DNA of 40,496 bases. Source: Hyphomicrobiales bacterium (GTDB taxonomy: Bacteria > Pseudomonadota > Alphaproteobacteria > Rhizobiales > Xanthobacteraceae). The notes beneath the pieces are model-generated. The model was not told where the DNA came from. It was given only the letters and a program-made list of their open reading frames with translations, and did not search any database. The translations under genes were made by a program, and so were the position numbers. The DNA lies in the NCBI GenBank assembly GCA_023266695.1, contig JAHFPO010000002.1:1-40496 (forward strand), in the 5' to 3' direction. Position 1 is the first letter of the stretch. The number at the start of each line of letters is the position of its first letter. Shown here piece after piece: positions 19,848-27,296 of the stretch.

Positions 19848-20699
19848 TCATGTGTCCCGAGCGATCCAGTCGAGCCGCTGGCGGCCCGACCGCCCACGGC
19901 CGAACGCTCGCGCGAATTCCGGCAACATCAACGTCATCTCGCGTTCGAGCGTCCAGGGCGGATTGACGACGAGGAGGCCGCAACCGGCGAGCGGATCATC
20001 GGGCCGCAATGATCCGATCGTCAGCTCGATGCGGAGGATTTTCGCAATCCCGAACCGGGCCACCCGCCGCGCGAAGGCCTCGGTCGCGCGCGGATCCTTG
20101 ATCGGATACCAGAGCAAATAAATGCCGGTGGCCCAGCGCCGGTGCGCCTCGGCCAATCCGGCCGCGAGGCGCTCGAATTCGCCCGGCTGTTCGAAGGACG
20201 GATCGATGAGGATGAGGCCGCGGCGCTCCGGCGGTGGCACATAGGCCTTGAGCGCGGTCCAGCCGTCGATCTCGATCGCCTTCGCGCGCCGGTCGCCTTT
20301 GATGCTCGCCGCGAGCAAGGCGCGCTCCTGCGGCTCCAGCTCGCAGAAGATCATGCGGTCCTGCGGGCGGGTGAGCGCGCGGGCGAGGCAAGGCGAGCCC
20401 GGATAGATGTGCAATCCGCCGGCGGGATTTTCCGCCCGCACTGCGGCGAGGTAGGGCTCCAGCAACGCTCCCGTCTCGCCGCCGGGCGGACGTTCGAAAA
20501 TCCTCCCGATGCCCTCGCGCCATTCGCCGGAGCGGCTCGCTTCATCGCCCGCGAGATCGTAGCGGCCGGCGCCGGCATGGGTATCGATCACGCGAAACGG
20601 AGTTTCCTTGGCGGCGAGATGCACGAGCACGCGCGTGAGCACCGCATGCTTCAGGACATCGGCGAAGTTTCCGGCATGAAAGGCGTGGCGATAGTTCAA
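19848..20699 (-). CDS. rlmJ: 23S rRNA (adenine2030-N6)-methyltransferase
   Basis: 283 aa. It has an MNYRHAFHAGNFADVLKH N-terminus and LILIDPSFE (the catalytic DPxFE-type motif), as in RlmJ. Confidence 0.9.
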   Translation of the reverse strand: MNYRHAFHAGNFADVLKHAVLTRVLVHLAAKETPFRVIDTHAGAGRYDLAGDEASRSGEWREGIGRIFERPPGGETGALLEPYLAAVRAENPAGGLHIYPGSPCLARALTRPQDRMIFCELEPQERALLAASIKGDRRAKAIEIDGWTALKAYVPPPERRGLILIDPSFEQPGEFERLAAGLAEAHRRWATGIYLLWYPIKDPRATEAFARRVARFGIAKILRIELTIGSLRPDDPLAGCGLLVVNPPWTLEREMTLMLPEFARAFGRGRSGRQRLDWIARDT

Positions 20700-20729
20700 T
20701 GCCGCAACCGGACGCGCGACGTCTCGCGT

Positions 20730-21386
20730 TCAGCCGCCGCGCACCGGCGGCATGACGACGCGGGGGGTTCGGCAGGCGCGCCGGTCGATCTCGGGGCAGG
20801 GGTGGAAGGCGAGGTCGCGGCTCATGCAGATGCGCACCTCGCGCAGGTGACGGTTGTCGCAGGTGACCGCGATCATGTCGGCCTTGAGCCCCTGGTTGGC
20901 GGCGAGGAAGGCCTCCTCGACCTCGCCCGGCGACACCATGGTGTGGTCGGCGAGGCGGTGGAAGCGCTCGGGAATGACGACGCGCTCGCGCGCGCGCCGC
21001 ACCGTCTCGAAATATTTATCGGGCTCGAGGCCGGAGCAGGTGCCGTGCGTGCGCCATTCGTGGATGACAAGGCCATAGGCCGGCATCAGCTCGAGCATGG
21101 AGCGGATAAGCGGGTCGGGGATGCGCGGCGCCGGATTGACGCAATTCTTCGGGAATCCGCGCTCGTATTGCGGCCACAGCCCGTGCACCACGAAGCTGAA
21201 CGGCCGCCCGCGCCGGCACTGTTCCTCGGCGTTACGCTTGTCGCCGGAGGTTTCGCAGAACGACGGCGACCACGACAAAGCAAGCACGTAGAAATCGAAC
21301 TTGCCCGGCTCGCCCGGCGCCTGCGCGCGGGCCGGGACGGCGAGCGCGAGAACGAGCGCGAGGCCGAGAACGCGCAGCCAGCTCAT
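20730..21386 (-). CDS. ribonuclease T2-family (RNase I-like) exported RNase
   Basis: Internal ATG 21386 of ORF 20730..21890. It has a signal peptide (MSWLRVLGLALVLALAVPARA), CAS I (FVVHGLWPQ) and CAS II (HEWRTHGTC). Confidence 0.85.
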   Translation of the reverse strand: MSWLRVLGLALVLALAVPARAQAPGEPGKFDFYVLALSWSPSFCETSGDKRNAEEQCRRGRPFSFVVHGLWPQYERGFPKNCVNPAPRIPDPLIRSMLELMPAYGLVIHEWRTHGTCSGLEPDKYFETVRRARERVVIPERFHRLADHTMVSPGEVEEAFLAANQGLKADMIAVTCDNRHLREVRICMSRDLAFHPCPEIDRRACRTPRVVMPPVRGG

Positions 21387-21835
21387 GGCAATGCCATCTT
21401 GCAGCGCGGTGCATAGGCGAGGTTGCGGTCGTAGCCGACGACGCAATATTCGATGCCCCAGCCGACGCCGGCGAATCCGGTGCCCTCGCCGATCCAGTAA
21501 CGGACCACCGTGTCCTCTGCGCCGGAAACTCGCACCTTGGCCTCGCAATAACGGCGCGGAATGGCGTTGGGTCCCCATGGGCGATAGTCGATCTCGCGCA
21601 CGTCCTCGAAGCCGTGAACGAAATTGAACGACGACCAGTAGCGCAGTTCCTTGTAGGCGAAGCGCCCCCAGATCGTGCCGAGCGCCCACGCATTGTCGCA
21701 AGCCGGAATGATGCCGTGATGGCGCGTGAACAATCTTTCGACCGGGCCCGCCGCGCCCGGCTGGGCCGTGGTCACGAGGACAAGCCCCGCCACGGCCGCG
21801 CCGAGGGTCAAGCCCGCAATCCTTCGTACCGTCAT
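21383..21835 (-). CDS. hypothetical exported protein, translationally coupled to RNase T2
   Basis: 150 aa with a GGGGGGA SD and an N-terminal hydrophobic segment (MTVRRIAGLTLGAAVAGLVLV). It has 4 Cys. The stop overlaps the RNase ATG by ATGA. I recognise no family. Confidence 0.55.
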   Translation of the reverse strand: MTVRRIAGLTLGAAVAGLVLVTTAQPGAAGPVERLFTRHHGIIPACDNAWALGTIWGRFAYKELRYWSSFNFVHGFEDVREIDYRPWGPNAIPRRYCEAKVRVSGAEDTVVRYWIGEGTGFAGVGWGIEYCVVGYDRNLAYAPRCKMALP

Positions 21836-22025
21836 CGTCGTCCCCCCCTGCTGTTCCCCGAACGATGGAACCCGGCCGGGCGCGGGTCAAGCGGGAGCAT
21901 CCATGTCTCCGCGGGAGAAGGTTTTACGGGTCTTTCACCGCCCCGGGAGGGGCGCGCGAACCCGCCCTTGCGCGCCGCGATAGGCCCTCCTAGGTTCAGC
22001 CTGACCGCCTTCCCGGGAGCGCCTC

Positions 22026-22589
22026 ATGTTCGTCCTCGATACCAGGTCCGAGCGGATCGCCGCGATCGCCCTCGCCGTGCTGATGGCGGCGACGCGAATC
22101 CATCATTTCGGCGTGGGCGCGATCGCGCCGGACGCCTCGACCGCTACCTTCCTGCTCGCCGGGCTTGCGCTCGCAAGCCCGTGGTGGCTCGCGGCCTTCC
22201 TGGTCGAAGCGGTGGCGCTCGACGCGGCGGCGATCGGTCTCATGGGCGTCGCCGACGCCTGCGTGACTTCCGGCTATGCGCTCATCGCGCCGGCCTACGC
22301 GGCGCTATGGCTCGCCGGCCGCGCCATGCGCCCGGCCGAACGGCTCGATCTCTTCACCGCCGGCAAGTTCTTGTGCCTCGCCTGCGGCGGCGTCGCGGCC
22401 TTCTTCCTCGTCGCCAATGCCGGCTATTTCCTCGGCAGCGAATATGCGGCGCTCGGCGTGCCGGAATATGTCGCTCGCGTCAGCCGCTATTTCCCGTTCC
22501 ATCTGACGGTGACGCTCGCCTACGCCGCCGCCGGCATCGCGGTGCTCGCGCTCGCCACCCGCGGGCGCGCCGCGCCGGCGCTGCGCTGA
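22026..22589 (+). CDS. hypothetical polytopic membrane protein
   Basis: 187 aa, Ala/Leu-rich with about 5-6 hydrophobic segments. No motif recognised. Confidence 0.5.
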   Translation: MFVLDTRSERIAAIALAVLMAATRIHHFGVGAIAPDASTATFLLAGLALASPWWLAAFLVEAVALDAAAIGLMGVADACVTSGYALIAPAYAALWLAGRAMRPAERLDLFTAGKFLCLACGGVAAFFLVANAGYFLGSEYAALGVPEYVARVSRYFPFHLTVTLAYAAAGIAVLALATRGRAAPALR

Positions 22590-22606
22590 CGGATACCGCT
22601 GCCCCG

Positions 22607-23023
22607 TCAGCAGCGTGTCACCGTCACCTCGCCCTGGCCGCTCGCCGTCGCTACCGGCACGCGCTCGGAGCGGCAGCCGCCGTCGCTGCCGACGCGATAG
22701 ATCTTCGGCGCCATCGTCCGTTGCGGCTCCGTCACCGGGATCGCGCCGGTGAGGTCGTCGCCGGTCCGGTAGACGACGGCGGCGACCGGATAACTCCAGA
22801 ACGGGAAGCCGCGGAAGTGATGGTGGCGCCGGGCGTGATGGCGCCGCGCGTGGTGACGCCAAGCGTGCGAATGGAAATGGTGTAAGCCGTGGTGCCCGAA
22901 GTGCCCGCCGCCATGGGCCGAAAATCCGCCGGACCTTGCCGCCGAACCCGCCGGCAGCAGCAGGAGGCCGAAACCGAGGCCGACGCAGGCGGCCGCGGCG
23001 AACGCAAACATACGCTTGTACAT
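22607..23023 (-). CDS. exported histidine-rich protein
   Basis: Internal ATG 23023 of the 381-aa ORF gives 138 aa. It has a signal peptide (MYKRMFAFAAAACVGLGFGLLLLPAGSAA), then HGGGHFGHHGLHHFHSHAWRHHARRHHARRHHHF, then a Cys-bracketed C-terminal domain. Confidence 0.55.
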   Translation of the reverse strand: MYKRMFAFAAAACVGLGFGLLLLPAGSAARSGGFSAHGGGHFGHHGLHHFHSHAWRHHARRHHARRHHHFRGFPFWSYPVAAVVYRTGDDLTGAIPVTEPQRTMAPKIYRVGSDGGCRSERVPVATASGQGEVTVTRC

Positions 23024-23235
23024 GGTGTTCTCCCCTAGACGCGATCGCGCCGGCGCGCCGCCGCGGATTCGACGCCGGCGAAACCATTCCCCACCGATTG
23101 CGAGCGCGATGCTAGGCCGCACGCCGGCACCTGTCGACCCGAAATCCGGGGACGCGCCGCAGCAACCGGAAATTCGCCGACGCCGCCGGCAGAGCGGCGG
23201 CGCGCGGCGATCCAGTCTCGCTAACGGGCGGCGGG

Positions 23236-23604
23236 CTATGGGCGATCGGCGTCGGCCATGCCCGCCTTCCATTCGGCCACCTGCTCGGAGATGGTCTCGA
23301 CATAGCTGCGGGTGGCCTGGCTGAGATGGGCGTAGCCGGCGATCTCGCGCTGGACGCGCTCGCCCTCGCGCCGCAGGAACTCGCGCACCTGCTGCAGGCG
23401 GACGATGAGGTCGTCGATCTCCTCGATCGAAGCGCCGGAGACGCGATGGATGAGGGATGTGAGATTGTTGGCGGCGCCGCCGTCCTGACTTTGGGCGTCG
23501 TGCGGAAATTTCAGATCCCGGCGGATCAATTCCAGGACCTGCCCTTGCGATTCCACGGCCGCATGGCCGTCTGGAGCGAGCTTTCCGGATCGAATGACGT
23601 TCAT
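23236..23604 (-). CDS. hypothetical protein (predicted helical/coiled-coil)
   Basis: Internal ATG 23604 of ORF 23236..23844 (MNVIRSGKLAPDG...IEEIDDLIVRLQQVREFLRREGERVQREI). The upstream part of the ORF runs into a REP element. The start is uncertain. Confidence 0.45.
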   Translation of the reverse strand: MNVIRSGKLAPDGHAAVESQGQVLELIRRDLKFPHDAQSQDGGAANNLTSLIHRVSGASIEEIDDLIVRLQQVREFLRREGERVQREIAGYAHLSQATRSYVETISEQVAEWKAGMADADRP

Positions 23605-23799
23605 GGCTGTCGTCCCCGCGGGCGGAAATGGGTCGAATTCCGCGCCGGGATTGCGCCATTCGATTGTGACGGCTTGGCGGCTTTTGTCGGGGAAAATTGG
23701 AGCGATCCACTGCCCGATGGGAGGGGGGAAGACGCTCTGTTGCGGCTCGCACATTCCATCCTTCGGCCCTGCGGCCAAGCTTCTCCGTTTCCGTGACCC

Positions 23800-23842
23800 G
23801 TCACCCTGAGGTGCCCGGCAAAGCCGGGCCTCGAAGGGTGAC
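23800..23842. repeat. REP-like palindromic element, copy 1
   Basis: GTCACCCTGAGGTGCCCGGCAAAGCCGGGCCTCGAAGGGTGAC has nested arms GTCACCC/GGGTGAC and GCCCGGC/GCCGGGC. Confidence 0.6.
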
Positions 23843-23846
23843 AACC

Positions 23847-23895
23847 GTCATTCTTCGAGGCTCGCGACCTGCGGTCGCTCGCACCTCAGGATGAC
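23847..23895. repeat. REP-like palindromic element, copy 2 (inverted orientation)
   Basis: GTCATTCTTCGAGGCTCGCGACCTGCGGTCGCTCGCACCTCAGGATGAC. Its reverse complement starts GTCATCCTGAGGTGCGAGCG, the same family as copy 1. Confidence 0.6.
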
Positions 23896-24383
23896 GAGTT
23901 CGATCGTTTCCGCGCGGGGTTTTTCCCGCCGGATTGTTGGTTCTCCTGTTCGAAGCCCCTCGAAAAGCGACGGGTGCGGGCGCCGAACGGCGCGTCCGTC
24001 TCCGGTTATGGCCGGAGACGGCGATTTCTTACGGGCGCCGAACGGCCGCCCGCACCGGCGATTTCCGTCCCCGGGGCCGTACTTCCGGCGATCGGGAAGG
24101 GCGCGAATACGCAACCCACGAGCCGGGGCTTTCGCCCCGGCAAGCCCGATCCCGTCCAGCCACTGAAGGCAGCGGGTCATAGTGCCCACGGACGGCTACC
24201 CGAGGCCTCCCGAGACGCAGATGCCGGTTGCATCCGCGGCGCGGGCGCCGACCCCTCCCCCATGGCCGGACCGGATCCAGTCATGGCCCTCAAGGGAGGG
24301 GATGCAGGGGAATATAGTCCTAGATAGGATGAATTGTCAAGCGAGTATCTTGGAACCGGAGAAGTTACAGTTGGCGCCGATTC

Positions 24384-24659
24384 CTAGCTGACGCTCTTCA
24401 GATAGGCTTGAGCCTGCGCGTGCGTCGAAAACGTCGTAATCTCGCAGTAGTCTGGCGTATGTTCCGCAGTATCAGGTGATCGAAGGACGACGAACGTCCC
24501 GCCATGCGATTTAATGATTTCGGTTAAGTCATCGCTCTTGTAGGGCGACATATGCCGAGCGCCGCAACGCCGACAATCATCGTCGCACATACACGACCAG
24601 TCGTCCGTCCACTTCGAGTCGCAGCGGGCACATTCATAATAGTTGCGAAACCAAGCCAT
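24384..24659 (-). CDS. Cys-rich (putative Zn-binding) small protein of unknown function, last gene of the R-M operon
   Basis: 91 aa. AGGAG SD lies 6 nt upstream of the ATG. The gene starts 33 nt after the REase stop and has low G+C. The N-terminus is MAWFRNYYECARCDSKWTDDWSCMCDDDCRRCGARH (CxxC, CxC, CxxC, H). Confidence 0.6.
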   Translation of the reverse strand: MAWFRNYYECARCDSKWTDDWSCMCDDDCRRCGARHMSPYKSDDLTEIIKSHGGTFVVLRSPDTAEHTPDYCEITTFSTHAQAQAYLKSVS

Positions 24660-24692
24660 TTATTGCTCCTGCACGCCAATTTCTCATTATCT

Positions 24693-25304
24693 TCAGGGCG
24701 CTACGCCAATCAAGACAAGCGGCACTGCTGGGACACCCTTTCCCTCGCGAACAAGATTGTAGAGCTCACTTTCGTAATATCCAACGCCCGACGACATATG
24801 CTGCTGCAATTCCTTCATCGGCAGAATTTCGACTCCCACATCGATTACGTCGCCAACGAAAAAGGCCAAGTGCTTAACAAAGAGATCGTACGCGACGAAG
24901 GCATACTTGCCAAATTGCGCTTCGACCGCCACTCGCTCTTTCACAAAGTCGGTCTGATTGTGCGAAGGAAGCGCTTTCAGACCAGCATTCTCGATTTCCG
25001 CCCTTTGTTGAGCCGCGTTCATGAACAACGTCTTTCGGATCAAACGGGCATCAGTAGTTACCCAATAGGAGATGCGCCGCTCAAGCCATTTGTGTTTTTC
25101 AAAACCGTTTCGGATGGCTTTGTTCATTGCCCTGGGCGAGTAGAACAACTTGCCCTTTGATCGAATTTCCTTGGAGACTTTTGTTCTGCAAGCGCTGGCG
25201 TCGGCCCGCTTGATAACGTCCTGTATCTCTTTCCAGAGGGACGGCTTATGGACCAACAAGATTTCGAGCCCGCCCAAGTGCGAGTACTTTTCCACGAGCC
25301 TCAT
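24693..25304 (-). CDS. Type II restriction endonuclease, BglII-like
   Basis: Internal ATG 25304 of ORF 24693..25400 (MRLVEKYSHLGG...), 203 aa, overlapping the MTase stop by ATGA. PSLWKEIQDVI resembles BglII PQLWKEIEETL (sequence as I recall it). TDFVKERVAVEAQFGKY gives D-X8-E-X-Q, like BglII D84/E93/Q95. VPLVLIGV lies near the C-terminus. Confidence 0.75.
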   Translation of the reverse strand: MRLVEKYSHLGGLEILLVHKPSLWKEIQDVIKRADASACRTKVSKEIRSKGKLFYSPRAMNKAIRNGFEKHKWLERRISYWVTTDARLIRKTLFMNAAQQRAEIENAGLKALPSHNQTDFVKERVAVEAQFGKYAFVAYDLFVKHLAFFVGDVIDVGVEILPMKELQQHMSSGVGYYESELYNLVREGKGVPAVPLVLIGVAP

Positions 25305-26170
25305 CGATGACCGCCGTAAGGCTTGCTTGGATCGTATACTGGCCGATCCATCGGTCGCGTCTTCAAAGTACCCGCGCGCAGTTGATGAATGCGCTCCCAA
25401 GCAATGTCCACGTATTCAGGCTGAATATCACATCCGCACCCGACGCGACTGTGCTTGATCGCGCCGATAACTGTCGAGCCGACCCCCATGTAAGGATCGA
25501 AGACAATATCTCGTTTGCTTGTCATCGATAAGACGAGACGCTCAATCAGCTCTACGGGGAACTGACACGGATGAATTGTTTTTTCGACGTGATTATTTTT
25601 CACGTTTGGAAAAATCCAGACATCACTCGGATTCTTTCCAAGTGGATTGCCCGAAAGCTGACCGACCCTCGGTCCTTTGAAATGCTTTTTGTTGGGATAC
25701 TTCGAAGGCACCCGGATCGAGTCGAGATTGAAGGTATAGTTTTTCGACTTCGTGAACCAAAGAATGGTTTCATGTCGACCCGACAAGCGCTTCGAGCAAT
25801 GCAACCCGTGCTCAAAGTGCCAAATGATCCGATTTCGCAGTTGAAGGCCGTGGTCTTTGAAAATGCGGTAGAGAATTACGTCTAAAGGGAATACCTCGCC
25901 ATCCTGCACATGGTTCCCGACTTGCCAGCAAATTGACCCCTTTGGGTGTAGGAGGCGAACACATTCCGAAATAACTTGGGCTTGGACCTTTACATAATTT
26001 TCAAGTGAATCTCTCTTTTCGTAGCTCTTTCCGATGTTGTACGGAGGAGATGTGACAATCAGCTTGACGCTGTTGTTCTTCATCCGCCGCATGAAAGACA
26101 GGTTATCTTCACAAGCAATTTGAACTTGAGCGTCAGCGCGCAGTCTGACGATCCGAGCGTGCATATTCAT
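25301..26170 (-). CDS. beta-class DNA amino-methyltransferase (N4-cytosine or N6-adenine)
   Basis: 289 aa. Motif IV (LIVTSPPYNIG) precedes motif I (VFDPYMGVGSTVIGA), which is the beta-class order. This is the N6_N4_Mtase family. SPPY favours m4C, as in M.BglII, but is not decisive. Confidence 0.9.
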   Translation of the reverse strand: MNMHARIVRLRADAQVQIACEDNLSFMRRMKNNSVKLIVTSPPYNIGKSYEKRDSLENYVKVQAQVISECVRLLHPKGSICWQVGNHVQDGEVFPLDVILYRIFKDHGLQLRNRIIWHFEHGLHCSKRLSGRHETILWFTKSKNYTFNLDSIRVPSKYPNKKHFKGPRVGQLSGNPLGKNPSDVWIFPNVKNNHVEKTIHPCQFPVELIERLVLSMTSKRDIVFDPYMGVGSTVIGAIKHSRVGCGCDIQPEYVDIAWERIHQLRAGTLKTRPMDRPVYDPSKPYGGHR

Positions 26171-26200
26171 TAGGAATCACCGCCGAAAAAATAGTTCTTG

Positions 26201-26229
26201 ATTTGTTCGCAAAGAAGTTGGAAAGTCAA
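26201..26229 (-). promoter_or_regulatory. possible sigma70-type promoter of the R-M operon
   Basis: On the minus strand, TTGACT (26229-26224), 17 nt, then ACAAAT (26206-26201), about 30 nt upstream of the MTase ATG. Pattern match only. Confidence 0.2.
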
Positions 26230-26664
26230 GATACTCGCTGGCTGGTTTTGCCCTTGGCCAACAATTTATTGGCCCAGAAGGTTCTGCTTTTTCGCAGATT
26301 GTCCTTACTTCGGCGGCGGCCTATTCGTCATCTCGTTCGTGCATTTTTTGATCAGAATTTTTTATCCGAATTGCGAGTGACCAGCAGTCACCTCTTGATC
26401 ATTCACATTGCTCACCACGAAGGTGAAGAGAAAATCGTTCATTCCAACCAGCCTCGCATATTCATCTTCCTCCGCATTTCGCTCCTTCACCACCAAGAAT
26501 CAACATCGCCGCTGCTGCGCGCGCACAAATCATCCGCTAACGCCCGGATATCGTTCGCCATTCCGCAACACAGATAAGCCTCTATTTCGTGCTCAACTTG
26601 CCCCATAGCTTGAATGACAGGCGTTCAGCTATTTCGAACCCAGCCGATTTCGGGAGAATGTAAC

Positions 26665-26952
26665 GTGACCAAGGCTTCGAACACGGGCGTGATCGCCGCC
26701 CCCAATCCGGGCTCGCCGACGGCGCCGAAAGCCGGTGCTGAGGCCGCGCCGAACCTGGGCGCCGCGCACCCGCGTCCGCTCAAGATCCGCCGCAAGGACG
26801 TCCACGACAAGTGGCAGATGATCTCCGACCAGGAAGCCAACAACTTGCGAGCCAAGAGCGACCTGGTGGCGATGGTGCAGGCGAAGTACGGCGTGAACCC
26901 GTGGCAGGCCCAGAACGAAGTCGATGCCTGGGCGAACGGCCGCGATTTCTGA
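26665..26952 (+). CDS. CsbD-like general stress protein
   Basis: ORF 26614..26952. GTG 26665 is preferred because GGGAGA lies 7 nt upstream. The C-terminus DKWQMISDQEANNLRAKSDLVAMVQAKYGVNPWQAQNEVDAWANG parallels the CsbD/YjbJ pattern W.KLTDDD....GKRD.LVGKIQERYG...A..EVD.W. Confidence 0.55.
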   Translation: MTKASNTGVIAAPNPGSPTAPKAGAEAAPNLGAAHPRPLKIRRKDVHDKWQMISDQEANNLRAKSDLVAMVQAKYGVNPWQAQNEVDAWANGRDF

Positions 26953-27029
26953 GTGCGAGTTCACCGGGCCGACCCGGCGGCCAGAAGTTTCGGCCCGACC
27001 GGGTGGATCGGGCCAGCAGGAGACGAGCT

Positions 27030-27236
27030 TTGTCATCTCACAGATTCACGGTCGGCCAGACGGTCTATCTCAGGCCGGCGCGCTACGACCGCACCGCCAC
27101 GCCGGCGGGGAGCTACCGCATCACCCGGCTGCTGCCGGAAGAGAGCGGCGATCTTCAGTACCGCATCAAGAGCGTCCGCGACGCCCACGAGCGGGTCGCC
27201 AACGAGAGCCAGCTCGATCGCGGTCAGCCGGCGTGA
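27030..27236 (+). CDS. small hypothetical protein (68 aa)
   Basis: TTG 27030 lies 6 nt after AGGAGA, in the frame of ORF 26811..27236 (LSSHRFTVGQTVYLRPARYDRTATPAGSYRITRLLPEESGDLQYRIKSVRDAHERV...). No family recognised. Confidence 0.4.
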   Translation: MSSHRFTVGQTVYLRPARYDRTATPAGSYRITRLLPEESGDLQYRIKSVRDAHERVANESQLDRGQPA

Positions 27237-27296
27237 GCTTGGCGCGCGCCGCTGGCGCCGAAACCGATGTAAAATCCGCCGACAGGAAGGACGTGA

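Noticed and set aside
20730-21890. 386-aa ORF suggesting one large protein.
   Set aside because: Only the C-terminal 218 aa, from ATG 21386, looks real, with a signal peptide and RNase T2 motifs. The N-terminal part is Arg/Gly-rich and overlaps a better ORF (21383-21835) in another frame.
22607-23752. 381-aa ORF.
   Set aside because: Only the last 138 aa form a plausible protein, with a signal peptide right after the ATG at 23023. The upstream part is Arg/Pro-rich and crosses another gene on the same strand in a different frame.
23848-24189. 113-aa minus-strand ORF, plus overlapping plus-strand ORFs at 23891-24327.
   Set aside because: The ORF ends are built from REP-element translation (VILRCERPQVASLEE). 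There is no SD and the composition is Arg/Gly/Pro-rich.
26203-26577. 124-aa plus-strand ORF (and the 60-aa and 66-aa ORFs) in the AT-rich spacer.
   Set aside because: There is no SD. The translation is Leu/Arg/Ser/His-rich and low-complexity. It lies opposite the orientation of the islet operon. It is kept only as a possible gene relic in the spacer finding.
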